From a virus, in the IMG/VR virus record IMGVR_UViG_3300006921_004083, positions 32,001-96,000 of that record: 64,000 nucleotides of DNA, one strand, 5' to 3'. Below the pieces are notes generated by a model, which saw only the letters and a list, made by a program, of their open reading frames with translations, ran no database searches and was not told where the DNA came from. Shown here piece by piece: positions 9,764-21,600 of the stretch. A program made the translations under genes and the position numbers. Numbering within the stretch: position 1 is the first letter of the stretch; each line of letters starts with the position of its first letter.

Positions 9764-11401
9764 TTGGATAACAAGACTCGACAATATAATAGAATGAAAG
9801 AATTAATGGGATTAGAACCTATTAATCTTTCTGAACAAACACAACTAGATGTTAGTAAAAATCCTATAACTGCCACAGTAACTGACGTTAGTGTGGATGG
9901 TGAAACTGGGACGGCGGGATTCAATCAAGGAATTGAGGATTTTTCCCAAGGATTTGTAGGTGCGGAAACATCACTTGATGCTGTTAGACAAGGTATAGGA
10001 GTCACTCCTATAAGTCAGGGTATTGTAAATGAGATTGTTTTAGATTATCATTATAAAACCGGTCCTTTTATTCTTAAATATTCGTTTTCTAACGACATAA
10101 AACTCCCTACTGGGGTAATACCTAAGAACACAACTTTTACGACTAAGAATGCAAATTATGTGGGTCTAACAGATAAAGGACAAACCATTTCTGTAGAAAC
10201 ACCAACACCGGTAGAGGTAGAAGATGATAAAACAAACGAAAATAGAAATAGAAATAAAAAAATTGTCGACCTATTCAATACAGTTAATATTAAACTAGGT
10301 CTTAAAGATCCTTTTGTTTTATATTTTAGAAAGAATATAAGACCTATACTTAGAAGGATAAAAAAAGAACTTCCTGAATACGGACTTAATTTTAAGGACC
10401 AAGCAACAAAATGGGAAGGGGACCAAGTAGTTACTGAAAATTTTATAACTATTAAAGATATCTTATTAGAAAATTATACTGAAAGTTTGAAACAACTTAT
10501 AGATCTAAACGCCGCCAAAGAAGCACAAAAGAAAGATAAAAAAATGGCAAACGTTCTAGACAAAGAAATAGAAAAAGAAAAGAAAAAACTAATAGGTATA
10601 ATTAAACCAAAATTCAAAAAAATATTCAAGGAGTACACCAAGGATTTAACAGACGATGATTTAGTTAATTTAATAACATATTTTAATGTGTTTTTAGAAG
10701 GATTAAAAGGATCAAAATTGGGTTACCCACAATATAATATTACATTTTCAGAAAAAAAATTAAATGAGGAGGAAGAAGTTGATGTAGAAGAAGTGATTGA
10801 AACCCCTAAAGATATGTTAATTCATTTAAGGGATGAACAAGAGGTTGTGTTTATTAGTAGAAAATATCCATGTACGGTTACAATAGGTGGAGAACAGACA
10901 GGAGAAAATACAATATTTATAATGGATGCAACCTCACGTTATATCTATAAAGGAGGGGCTAAAACTACACCACAAGGGTCGACCACGGGAGACACAAAAA
11001 CAAAAATAGAAAACAACTTCTATACTTTACCAGTATATAATCAACTACAAAACGACAAAGGAAAATCATTTGACATAACAATGTCGATAGATATAGACCC
11101 TCAGGTTTATTTGGCTAAGGGCAACCAACATGCGGCTTTATTACAAAAACATGAAGGAGATTTATGGAAATATAAAACAAATATGTTAGATAACGGTTTT
11201 GAAATAAAAGAAATAAAATCATCACAAGGACAAACAACGAAGGTTCCTGGAGATGCAAAACTAAGATTTTTATTTAGTAGGGGTACGGAAAATGTTGAAT
11301 TTGGTAAAAAGTATCAGGTCACAGTATTACAAGATAATAATACTTTAGGTAAGTTAAATATAACAATTGATAAAATTAAAAAAGAAACTTCAGGTTTTTA
11401 A
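9764..11401 (+). CDS. Hypothetical protein, possible internal head protein
   Basis: 545-aa ORF, TTG start, own TATTTATA motif at 9745; N-terminal RMKELMGL...INLSEQ and several L/I-x-E motifs. Confidence 0.6.
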   Translation: MDNKTRQYNRMKELMGLEPINLSEQTQLDVSKNPITATVTDVSVDGETGTAGFNQGIEDFSQGFVGAETSLDAVRQGIGVTPISQGIVNEIVLDYHYKTGPFILKYSFSNDIKLPTGVIPKNTTFTTKNANYVGLTDKGQTISVETPTPVEVEDDKTNENRNRNKKIVDLFNTVNIKLGLKDPFVLYFRKNIRPILRRIKKELPEYGLNFKDQATKWEGDQVVTENFITIKDILLENYTESLKQLIDLNAAKEAQKKDKKMANVLDKEIEKEKKKLIGIIKPKFKKIFKEYTKDLTDDDLVNLITYFNVFLEGLKGSKLGYPQYNITFSEKKLNEEEEVDVEEVIETPKDMLIHLRDEQEVVFISRKYPCTVTIGGEQTGENTIFIMDATSRYIYKGGAKTTPQGSTTGDTKTKIENNFYTLPVYNQLQNDKGKSFDITMSIDIDPQVYLAKGNQHAALLQKHEGDLWKYKTNMLDNGFEIKEIKSSQGQTTKVPGDAKLRFLFSRGTENVEFGKKYQVTVLQDNNTLGKLNITIDKIKKETSGF

Positions 11402-11408
11402 TTAAGTT

Positions 11409-13913
11409 ATGGCAGAAGATGCGAATAAAAGGATAGCGGAACTCCAACAACAAAGAGAGTTATTACAATGGATGATTGACAATCAAAAGAGGGTCAATAA
11501 CGGTGTTGCTGCCCATCTTAAAGCTCGAAAAGAACTGTATGAGTACACTCAAATGATGCAAGAAGCTGAAAAACAATTTGGTGAAACAACCAAAATGATA
11601 GCTGATCTTGAGGAAAAAAGAATTGAGTTAAGTGAGGAAGAAGAACAAAACTTAAGACAACTTAATAAAGACCTTAAAAAGAAATTAGATATCATAGGTA
11701 AAGAGATTAAGGCTCTTAAAAAAACACTTAGTATAAGGAAAGCGTTAGTTAAGGAAGTTGAAAAAGGGGTTAAAGCTCTTTACGATGAGATGTTCACCGT
11801 AAGAAAATTAACTAACTTATATCTAGAAATGGATAAGGCAATAAGAACACAAAGTGTTAGTATGGGTCTTACCGCAGGTTCTGCAGAAATATTTAGAGAA
11901 AACATGTTAGGGGCTGCAATGTTGGCGGCTCGTTTTAATGTTAGTTTGGCCGAAATTGCTAAAATACAAGGAGATATTTCCTCTAATTTAGGTACCGCAT
12001 CAATTTTAACTGAGGAAGAAATGGAACGATTTGGTGTCCTATACAAACTTTACCCCCAAATAGGTGACATGGCCTCAGACTTAGAACTTTTTGGTATAGG
12101 TTCCATACAAGCCGCTAAGGAATTTGAAAAAATGTTTCAAGACGCCCAAGCATTTGGACTAGACGCAACCAAATTTACTAAAAATATGGGTAAGAACATG
12201 AAACTAATGACCAAGTACAGGTTTAGAGGAGGGATTGAGGATCTAAAGAAAGCTACGGCGTTGACTCAGAGAATGAGACAAGACATGTCCGCATTTTCAG
12301 GATTTGCGGAAAAAGTTATGAGACCTGAAGGAGCAATTGAGGCAGCAGCGGCGTTACAAGTATTAGGTGGTGAAATGGGTAGACTAGGTGACCCATTTAT
12401 GTTAATGTCTAAAGCAAGAAATGACATGGCTGGCTTTACAGAAGAAGTTTTAGGTGCAACAATAGGGGTTGGAGTGTTCAACAAAAGAACAGGGACTTTT
12501 GATTTAACTGCTAATGAGTTAGACCGTCTAAGAGAGTTGGCCAAAATAACAGGACAATCATTTGACGACTTAACAGTACAAGCTAGGGAACAAGCTCAAG
12601 ATCAAAGAATACGTGCTGAAATAAGAGCAACAATAGACCCAAAAGATATAAGTTACTTAAGTGGACTAACAAAATTTGATGAAACTGGAGGTATGTTTAT
12701 TGAGGTTAGAGGAGAAAAGAAGGACCTTTCAAAGGTTACTCAAACAGACATTGAAATTTTAAGACAAGAGGAGGCAACAATGGAAGAAATGGTTAAAATG
12801 CAAATGACCTTCAAAGACAATCTTGATGCAATGGCTAAAATGTTACAATTAACATTACTCCCAATAATGGAATACCTAGGAAACCAAGCTAAAAAATATA
12901 CAGAATTAATGGCTGATTGGTCTGATAGTACTAAAAGATGGGTTACTGCGGGTATTATAGGTTTAACCGCAGCTTTTGGAATTGCTGCGATGTTTACAGC
13001 AGGGGCAAGTATGGGGGCAGGATTTGCGTTTACCTCTGGAGTTGGAAAATTAGCAGGTGGAGGTGGTGGAGCCGCCATGTCGGGATCAGCAGCTTTAGGT
13101 GCGGGTAAAGGACAAATGAAAAGACTTATGGGTACCGCTTTAGTTATAGCATCGATTGGTGTTGCTGTTGCCGCAGTAGGGGCCGGTGTTTATTTTGCGG
13201 TAAAAGGATTTGCGGCCTTGGCAAAAGAAATGAGAAATTTAGATAACCAACAACTAGAAACCCTAAAATCAATTATATTAGGTGTTGGTGTTGGGATTGG
13301 TTTGTTAATAGCAGCGATGGTAGGAGTTACCTTCCTAGGACCAAAGGCAGCTATTGCGATGTTAGCTTTAGGGGGGTCTTTAATGATGGTTGGTATTGGT
13401 GTTGGTATTGCCGCGGCTGGGATATCCCTAATAATTAGTGCCTTAGGTACATTGGCTGGGTTGGACTTTTCCACGTTACCTACTTTTGGGCAACTAACAG
13501 GGTTGGCGGGTGGTTTAGTAGCTCTTAGTGCTGCTTCTTTATTGGCTTTACCTGCAATGGGAGTGTTATCCTCTCTTTCAGCTATGGGGCCAGGTTTAGA
13601 GTCTGCCGGTAGGGGAGTAGGACTCTTAGCGGATAATATGGGTAAATTAGGTGAACATCTACAAACTGTGAGTGTTGGAGATAATGTAGCAGAGTTGGAA
13701 ACAGTAATATCTAGTCTTAATAATTTAATGGTACAAACACAAAAAACACCAATAAAAGTAGAAGTTGGTGGAAGAGTAGACGGTAGTGTTAATGTAGATA
13801 TTGAAGGTAGCGACTTCAGAAAAGATTTACTTAGGGATTCCTTCTTTTTAGAGGAATTAACTAGTAAAATAGAACAAAGGGTAAAGATTAGAGAAAAGAC
13901 TAGTGGATTGTAA
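11409..13913 (+). CDS. Tape measure protein
   Basis: 834 aa; coiled-coil N-terminus, Ala/Gly-rich helical core, several hydrophobic TM-like segments; follows the chaperone genes. Confidence 0.8.
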   Translation: MAEDANKRIAELQQQRELLQWMIDNQKRVNNGVAAHLKARKELYEYTQMMQEAEKQFGETTKMIADLEEKRIELSEEEEQNLRQLNKDLKKKLDIIGKEIKALKKTLSIRKALVKEVEKGVKALYDEMFTVRKLTNLYLEMDKAIRTQSVSMGLTAGSAEIFRENMLGAAMLAARFNVSLAEIAKIQGDISSNLGTASILTEEEMERFGVLYKLYPQIGDMASDLELFGIGSIQAAKEFEKMFQDAQAFGLDATKFTKNMGKNMKLMTKYRFRGGIEDLKKATALTQRMRQDMSAFSGFAEKVMRPEGAIEAAAALQVLGGEMGRLGDPFMLMSKARNDMAGFTEEVLGATIGVGVFNKRTGTFDLTANELDRLRELAKITGQSFDDLTVQAREQAQDQRIRAEIRATIDPKDISYLSGLTKFDETGGMFIEVRGEKKDLSKVTQTDIEILRQEEATMEEMVKMQMTFKDNLDAMAKMLQLTLLPIMEYLGNQAKKYTELMADWSDSTKRWVTAGIIGLTAAFGIAAMFTAGASMGAGFAFTSGVGKLAGGGGGAAMSGSAALGAGKGQMKRLMGTALVIASIGVAVAAVGAGVYFAVKGFAALAKEMRNLDNQQLETLKSIILGVGVGIGLLIAAMVGVTFLGPKAAIAMLALGGSLMMVGIGVGIAAAGISLIISALGTLAGLDFSTLPTFGQLTGLAGGLVALSAASLLALPAMGVLSSLSAMGPGLESAGRGVGLLADNMGKLGEHLQTVSVGDNVAELETVISSLNNLMVQTQKTPIKVEVGGRVDGSVNVDIEGSDFRKDLLRDSFFLEELTSKIEQRVKIREKTSGL

Positions 13914-13966
13914 TGGTTTTTATCCTCAATAAAAGTTAATTAAAAATATTTATTCTAAAAGGATAT

Positions 13967-16900
13967 ATGTCACTGAATATAGATAATACAATAATAAATG
14001 GAGTACCACAAGCTACAACCACTCAGGAATTGAGGGAATGGCTCCTATCACGTAATTTACCAAACGTGATAACTGAGGCTGGATTCCAACAAAATATTGA
14101 AATGTATCAGGAATCTTCTTTATTATTTGAAGAAGAAAATACTAACATCCTACAACAATTAATAGCAGGTAATGAATATTTTAACACCGGTGTTTTATAT
14201 GATGATGGATTATTAAATACCGGCCAACAAGAATTTAATATATACGGGATAAATAATACTGGTACGTTAAATTTAGATAGTGTAACCAACACATTAGGGA
14301 CACCTATGCCACACATACAATGTGATTTTCCCGAATATATATTCCCAGTACAATCGAGTAAATTATGTGAAATAAATTTATACACTTACGAAGCTGTCTA
14401 CACTGCTGAAGACGGACAAGGTGCCGATTTTTTCGATAATGTAACAAGTAATGGGGATACTGTTGGAGATATAGTACAACCAGGAAGATTTGGTAAACTT
14501 CCTCAGTTTATGATGGGAAGTTTTGATAATAGGTATGGTGCCTTAATTAATTACCCAAGTGATACAGCATCGCTAGTAATGAAAACCCAAGCACAAAACC
14601 CATCAAATAACCCATATTCGTGGTTTATGAGTAATCCTATAATGTATGATTTATTTATTTCTCCTAATTTTGAGGGTAACTTTATGAGATTTGATGCGAC
14701 CACACTGGAACTATCCCCACTAGATAATAGATTTTATGGATTAAAAATAAGTGAAAGAGGATTTCAATTTAATAACGCCACGGCCCCAGATGGTTCTGGA
14801 GTTAAAACCTTTTATACTCCACTACAACCTTATAATGATGGGGTTACCGACAGCGCACCACCAATACTACTTCAAAATACTAGAATATTAGAACAATGGT
14901 TATTGGGTTCGTTTGGTACTAGAACCACTCGAGACTTACTACTTAATAGAAATTTATTTTCTTCAGGAGACATGTATATTGGTGGGAGTCCTAATGTACC
15001 AGCAATTGATTATGTAGAAGGTACTGTTGGTTTGAATAATTCTTATTATAGTTTAGCGTGGGCTCTCTCAGGACCACGTAAACCAAAAACTAATACTAAC
15101 TATTTTGTACAACAGTTAAGAATAAGTGATCTTTTAGGAATAAATAATGATTATGAATTTGGTATTAACAGAGGTTTAGTACAAGAAATTAGACAAGGTA
15201 AAAATAAATCAGAAGAATCCCAAGTAAGATGGACCCCAGAAACGGGACCAGAAGATACTATTGTTAATAGTTTACTTTCACCAGTTGGTGACAAAGGATT
15301 ATTAAATTTTACACAAAAACTTGTTAATACAGCGGCGGTTAACGGAGAGGATTTATCTATTGGTGATAATATAAGACAAGACACAAGATACTTAAAAACT
15401 AAAAATGGAACAATTAGTAGAGGTTCTGGTATATGGAACTATAGAAATGACGGACAAAAACCTTATGCTAGGAGTTGGGTAAGACCCTCCAATGTCTACT
15501 CTCCAGAATCAGGTAATGAAAACCCAGAATCCTACTCCCGATATGATGCCCTTCTAAGACATAGACCATTGGTAATGTCAACAACAGGAGATACCTTTGG
15601 TATGAGAGGAGGTTGGAGTAATGGAGCAAGTGTTATAAATGATGTAAGTGGCGCGCACATAGCACAAAGTTCTAAAGATGATATTAGAAATTTTATGTTT
15701 TCTTTAGAAAATTTAGCTTGGAAGGATAATGTAGATGGGGTTTTAGCTAAACATGAAATAGGACCAAACGGAGGAAGATTGATGTGGTTCCCTCCTTACA
15801 TAGAAAGTTGGACGGAGAACTCAAACGCTAATTATAACCAAACTGATATAATTGGTAGAATTGAACCTATATGGACTTATAAAAATTCAGTTAGACAAGC
15901 AAATCTAAACTTTATGATGGTCACAGATTATCCAGAGGTAATAGATACAATGAACTTTACTGAAAATTCTGACATGGAGGCGGCACAATTCTTTGGAGGA
16001 CAAGATTTTGAAAAACACATTGGACAGATAGCGGCAGGAAAACCACCAACATTTGCTAATCCAGAAGAGTACCAAAATTTATTAGCGGCAGTAGTTGCAC
16101 CAGAACCAGTAAATAATAACCCATTACCTGAAGGGTTCCAAGTACCAACAGAAACCGGACCAGCAGACTCAACACCACTACAAGTATTTTATTATAGTGG
16201 ATGTACCGAAATAGGGAGTGTTGTGTGGGATACATCAAATTCAGATGCGGAGGAGGTTTATAGTGCCACCCAACCAGTCGACACAAACGCGGGACAGTTC
16301 TTCGACACTCAATTTAATGCAGTATCAGGAGGTGAGGCGGAACCTTTTGTTAACACTAATGGACAAACACAATTTGGAGCTGAAATTAATTTTGAGTCTT
16401 TAGGACAATTTCTAGCCAGTGAAGATGGGAAACAATATAAAGTAGTTATAACAACTTATAACGCTCCCGTATTCGAATTAAAGGCAGAAAACCAAGTAAT
16501 AGAAGATATTGCAGACTCAATGGACCCCTCACAAGGATCTATGTTGGTAGAATATTATGCCGACCAATCATATGAGGCTCAAGAGATTTTCGCCAAAGAC
16601 AGAAATACTTGTGCTCCTTTAAGGGCCGAAAATCTTAAAGCTAAACTAACAAATACAATATTATATTATGAACAAGGTAATCCAGTGGTAACCCCGGAGG
16701 TACCACCAGCAACAGACCAATACATAGATGAATGGTATAGTGATCAAGATCCACCTGAAGGTAGGTGGGAGATTAGAGATGGTGGGAGAGTACCTGGAGC
16801 GGGTGAGTTATTACGTGGTCCATTTATAGAAATAGAGCCAGACACTTCATACGCACCAGGACAATATGAGATGGGACCAATAATACCTGTATTACCAGTA

Positions 16901-18289
16901 ACTATTAGTATTGAAGTAAACCCAGAATTAATGTCCATAACGGCAGTTGAGGAGGCAGAAGAAGAATATACAAGAAGATTAACAGAAACTCATAATGATT
17001 ATGTACAAAATAATTTAAGAATTCCAGATGGTGATTATTTTGAAAAACTTAAAGAAACCGATCTTTTTGCTTACCAAACATACAAAGATAAAGTTAAAAA
17101 CTTTCATCCAGCATTTCACTCAGTGCATCCATGTGGATTCAACTCCAGAATGACATTCTTAAACCAATGTCTAAGACCTGGTCCATCCATAAATTCTACG
17201 GTAGGTCCTAATAATATGGCATTTGGTAGACCACCAATATCAGTTCTTAGGTTAGGAGATTTCTATCATTGTAAAGTCGTTATTAATAATATTGACTTCA
17301 GTTATGAACAACCTTTTTGGGATCTTAATCCTGAAGGTATTGGGGCACAACCTTGGATTGTTAGGGTTTCTATGCAAATGTTTATTGTAGGTGGTATGTC
17401 TTTATCTGGACCACTATCACAACTACAAAATGCGGTTTCGTTTAATTATTTTGCTAATACAGAAATTTGTGAACCAGATAGGGCGAACCCTACTAAATAT
17501 ATGACAACTACAACTACCACCACAGAAGAAATAACGGATGATGAAATAACTATTACCAATACTCAAATTGTTAATACTGGTACGACTTATAACTATGATG
17601 GAGATAGTGGTGGTGGTGACGGTGGAGGAGGGTATGATTATTCCGGTGATAGTGGTGATTATGACTATTCAGGTGACAGTGGAGGAGGTTCAGATGAAGT
17701 TCCAACAACAGTCCAATACTACAAATTCCAAGATTCTCAATTAGTACACGCTCTTTTTGAAAATATATGGGATAATACTGATTGGGCAGGAGGGACTAGA
17801 TTTTTTCAGACAGGGGCTGAAGTATCTTTAGGTAGAGTGACTGACGCGTCAGTTACACCAGGGGTTTGGAAACTTAGTTATACAATAAAACCAGACTCAA
17901 TAATGGTTAATAATCAAGCCAGACAGTTAAGTGATTCACAAACTCATCATATGCCTTTAATAACAGATACCGAAGGATGTATGGAACATTATTTGACGGG
18001 TGGGTGTGCCGCACTCGATGCAAGTATGAAATTATTGAATCAAGAAGTAACAAATCATTATATAGAAGTATTCGATAAATACAAAAAGGCAACACCAGCA
18101 GGGTATTGGAATAACCCAACAGCCTACGACACTCCACCGACCGACTACGCACAGGTTGTAATAGAGTATTGTTCTTCGGCGGACGGAAGTCTTTTTGCGA
18201 ATCAAAATATTGCGTTGTGTAAAAATTCATACGGAGGAGCTGAAGCTATCTATAATGCTAATGACTCAGTAATACATTCAAACCATTAA
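13967..18289 (+). CDS. Baseplate tube-initiator-like structural protein with large insertions
   Basis: LMWFPPY...IIGRIEPIWTYKNSVRQANLNF and RPPISVLRLGDFYHCKVVINNIDFSY resemble contractile-system tube initiators; follows tape measure; TATTTAT at 13947. Confidence 0.6.
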   Translation: MSLNIDNTIINGVPQATTTQELREWLLSRNLPNVITEAGFQQNIEMYQESSLLFEEENTNILQQLIAGNEYFNTGVLYDDGLLNTGQQEFNIYGINNTGTLNLDSVTNTLGTPMPHIQCDFPEYIFPVQSSKLCEINLYTYEAVYTAEDGQGADFFDNVTSNGDTVGDIVQPGRFGKLPQFMMGSFDNRYGALINYPSDTASLVMKTQAQNPSNNPYSWFMSNPIMYDLFISPNFEGNFMRFDATTLELSPLDNRFYGLKISERGFQFNNATAPDGSGVKTFYTPLQPYNDGVTDSAPPILLQNTRILEQWLLGSFGTRTTRDLLLNRNLFSSGDMYIGGSPNVPAIDYVEGTVGLNNSYYSLAWALSGPRKPKTNTNYFVQQLRISDLLGINNDYEFGINRGLVQEIRQGKNKSEESQVRWTPETGPEDTIVNSLLSPVGDKGLLNFTQKLVNTAAVNGEDLSIGDNIRQDTRYLKTKNGTISRGSGIWNYRNDGQKPYARSWVRPSNVYSPESGNENPESYSRYDALLRHRPLVMSTTGDTFGMRGGWSNGASVINDVSGAHIAQSSKDDIRNFMFSLENLAWKDNVDGVLAKHEIGPNGGRLMWFPPYIESWTENSNANYNQTDIIGRIEPIWTYKNSVRQANLNFMMVTDYPEVIDTMNFTENSDMEAAQFFGGQDFEKHIGQIAAGKPPTFANPEEYQNLLAAVVAPEPVNNNPLPEGFQVPTETGPADSTPLQVFYYSGCTEIGSVVWDTSNSDAEEVYSATQPVDTNAGQFFDTQFNAVSGGEAEPFVNTNGQTQFGAEINFESLGQFLASEDGKQYKVVITTYNAPVFELKAENQVIEDIADSMDPSQGSMLVEYYADQSYEAQEIFAKDRNTCAPLRAENLKAKLTNTILYYEQGNPVVTPEVPPATDQYIDEWYSDQDPPEGRWEIRDGGRVPGAGELLRGPFIEIEPDTSYAPGQYEMGPIIPVLPVTISIEVNPELMSITAVEEAEEEYTRRLTETHNDYVQNNLRIPDGDYFEKLKETDLFAYQTYKDKVKNFHPAFHSVHPCGFNSRMTFLNQCLRPGPSINSTVGPNNMAFGRPPISVLRLGDFYHCKVVINNIDFSYEQPFWDLNPEGIGAQPWIVRVSMQMFIVGGMSLSGPLSQLQNAVSFNYFANTEICEPDRANPTKYMTTTTTTTEEITDDEITITNTQIVNTGTTYNYDGDSGGGDGGGGYDYSGDSGDYDYSGDSGGGSDEVPTTVQYYKFQDSQLVHALFENIWDNTDWAGGTRFFQTGAEVSLGRVTDASVTPGVWKLSYTIKPDSIMVNNQARQLSDSQTHHMPLITDTEGCMEHYLTGGCAALDASMKLLNQEVTNHYIEVFDKYKKATPAGYWNNPTAYDTPPTDYAQVVIEYCSSADGSLFANQNIALCKNSYGGAEAIYNANDSVIHSNH
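17588..17696 (+). repeat. Low-complexity coding repeat (YDYSGDSG / poly-Gly linker)
   Basis: Encodes YNYDGDSGGGDGGGGYDYSGDSGDYDYSGDSGGGSD; preceded by a poly-Thr run. Confidence 0.7.
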
Positions 18290-18301
18290 TAAAATAAAAC
18301 T

Positions 18302-18622
18302 ATGAGCGTATATTACAATAGATATTATAAAATGACAAACCAAGGGGGGTACCCTAAGATGATGCCTTTTATTTCATTAAATGAAAAAAACAGTGACAAA
18401 TTTGAAGTTTATAAAAAGGGAGTAACAAGATTCGATAAGCTAAGTCAAAAATATTATGGTAATCCTTTTCATGGTTGGTTAATAATGTTAGCCAACCCAA
18501 CGTACGGAGGACTAGAGTTCGTTATAAAAGAAGGAGAGATTATTAGAATACCCTTTCCCTTCAAAGACACTTTACAAGAGTATGAAGATGCAGTAAATAC
18601 ACACATTAGATTAAATGGTTAA
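18302..18622 (+). CDS. LysM-like baseplate wedge protein (T4 gp53 / P2 gpX-like)
   Basis: RFDKLSQKYYGNPFHGWLIMLANP...GEIIRIP. Confidence 0.8.
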   Translation: MSVYYNRYYKMTNQGGYPKMMPFISLNEKNSDKFEVYKKGVTRFDKLSQKYYGNPFHGWLIMLANPTYGGLEFVIKEGEIIRIPFPFKDTLQEYEDAVNTHIRLNG

Positions 18623-18624
18623 TT

Positions 18625-21600
18625 ATGGGGATAAAAATAGTAGATCCAAATAAAGTTATAAGTGAATATATTAGTGACTACCAAAGTGGTCAACCTTTTC
18701 CTACTAACATAGGAGAGGGCCCTGTCACTACACCCCCAGAAGATTTAGTTACGTATGTAGACCTAGAAGTTTTTTTACCGGGTAGGTCTATTATAGTAGA
18801 CGATGTTGCAAGACAACAACAAAGAAAAGAAAACATAGGTTTTGTTGTACCTAAAAATTTACCAAAAGAAAATTATGGAAAATTAGGGACTTCTTGGACA
18901 AATATCGGAGGACTCCAGGGATTTCAAAAAAATGACGACGGGGCGTACACAGTTGATGGAAGTGGAAGTTTTCAAAAACAAGGGTCCTTTAATGAAACTT
19001 TCGGGATACAGGATATTCAAATAAAACTTAACTCCTCTTTTGAGCCTCAAGTTTTTATAACTTTTGTGGATATTAGAGGGGCTTCATTAATGGAACCAGG
19101 ACTCCAATCCCCCTACGCCGCCTTTTTCCACATGCCATATCCTTTATTCACTCTTACTATTAAAGGTTTTTATGGAAGAGGTATTTCTTATAAATTACAC
19201 TTAATGAAATTTAACTCTAGGTTTGATAACGATACGGGAAATTTTATTATAAAATGTGAATTTATTGGTTTTACTTTTACTTATCTTGCTGATATGCCGG
19301 CAATATATGCGGATGTTGGACCAGATTTATTGGGTTTTTATGGGACCGAAGCTGGGGGAGAACACGAATTTGCTACAAATTTTGAGAGTGGTAGAGACCC
19401 TAGAAAACCATGGCCAGAAGGTAGTATGACATTAGGGGTTTATATAAATAATATTGCCACTTTAGCCGCAAAAATGGATCATTTTGAAGATGATTCAGTA
19501 TCTACTGATTATTACTTACTTACAGACAGTCTTGATAGATTAAGAAATATAGAATTAAGGTGGGGTGGAATCGCTAGTGATGTTAATTGTACCGACGCGG
19601 CATCAGCAGGTTGTGGATACGTATTCTCAACCAGTATGGTTATAACAGCAAAAGAGTTATATACCGACACTGGGGCACTCGTGTCTATAGATGAAGCAAA
19701 AGTCTTTAGGAATGTTAATAATGCAGATAATTATCGACAACTTTTATTACAATTAAGGGGTACAGACAAAAATAACGCAGATACTACTTTAACTAATAAC
19801 TCTATTGAGGACGCAAACTTTATCGGATACGTTAATAGTATATATGACAGTATTGACGAGGTGTCTATCGGGTACTTGGGCACTCCCCCATCCACAGCTC
19901 TAATAAATCAAGGAGATGAAAATTACGAGGTTTATGGTACGGTATCTAAGTGTCCAGATTGTACAACGGAAGATATAAGTGAGGGGAGATATGGTATTGG
20001 ACAAATAGATGCGGAAGAATATTTTAAGAAATTAAGAGCGTATATAACCAAGGGAGAGCAACAAGAGAAAGAACTAAAAACAAAAATGAATATTCAAGAA
20101 AATGAATTAAAACTTGACACTCTTGTTATGCCTCCAACTCTTGAAAATGTATTTAAGTTACTATGTAATGGTATTACAGCCTTCCAAAAAGTTTTAGTGG
20201 AGGTGGGGACATTGGCATATACCCAACACAATAATGACGATAATATAAAAGCACTATTATTAAATAATGGTGGTTCAGATATAAAAAGTTTACAAGACGC
20301 CAATTCCGAAATGTATGCCTTTCCTCTATATTATGAAACAAGAAGTGATTCTTTACCTAGTGGGGTAACTGGAAAAATTGAAAAAGTAAGTAGGGTAACA
20401 AAACAGTTCCCAGGTTGGAAAGTAAATAAAACAACTTATGGAAGGCCAGAGTTTATAGTACCAAAAAAATGGCCAGAGATAACTCTAGTAGAACAACTAA
20501 TACGATTCATAATTAAAAAACAAAGAGAACTAAAACAATCTTGGGATCCTGGATCTGCAGAATTCAAAGACGGATATATTCCAGCAATTGTTGAGGAAAC
20601 CCCATTGTTACCTATTAGTCCATATCTAAGACTTACCGATGTAAAAAAACAAATCATACCTCTTTTAATGATTAGGACGATGATGAGATTAGGACATACT
20701 AATAATTTCCCCGTACCTAACCAAACAACAGACTATCCTGGGTTTGGTAGTGAGGACGCAACCACTATATCTATTCTTAAAGAGGCCCTTAAAAATGATA
20801 GTGCCACAAAAACTCTTAGTAGTGATAATGGAGGGTACGATGCGTTGGAAGCACTTGGCCAACTAGAGGCAGAAACTCTATTAACAGGAGTATTAGACAC
20901 TGGTAAAAAAAGACTAAAAGAGATACTGTCAACTCTAACTAATGAGGCATCGATGAATACTCAAAAAGGAAAAGGAAAAAAAGCTACGGAAACAGCAATT
21001 AAGTTATTAAAAGAAGCTGGTTACGGAATTGAGTCAAAAACAGTAGGAGAATATACATTTGTAGGATTCCAAGGGGCTAAAGACCCATTAAATGATGTTA
21101 TTACTTACCATAGTGTTATTGGACTTATAGGACAAGCAGTAGAAAATAAATATGAATATTGGTTACCTAATATAGACACAAAATTAAGCTCCAATATATT
21201 TTATGATACATGTAGTGATGCGGATTATGCAATGGAGTGTAAAGGTTTTTATATTTCATCCGTGGCTCATTATAGAACAGAAGGGTCTAGCGACCAACAA
21301 GTAGAAAATTTAGATAATAAACAAAACGAGGAATTAGTAACGGCAGGAGATAAATTAATTGATTGGTATAAAACTTGTTTTGGAGAAGAAGGAGGAACTG
21401 AATCTGAATATAGTAAAGTTGAAAAGTTAGTTATTGGACCACAAGGAACTCTTGATTATGATTATAAATTATGGTTAGGGTGGGATTTCTTTTCATACTG
21501 GTCTAGAACCAAATATACTGAAAAGGTAAACACAGAGAAACAATCTAATAATTTTAGTAGTTCAAACCATATTAAACCAGACCAATTCGCACCCCACGCG

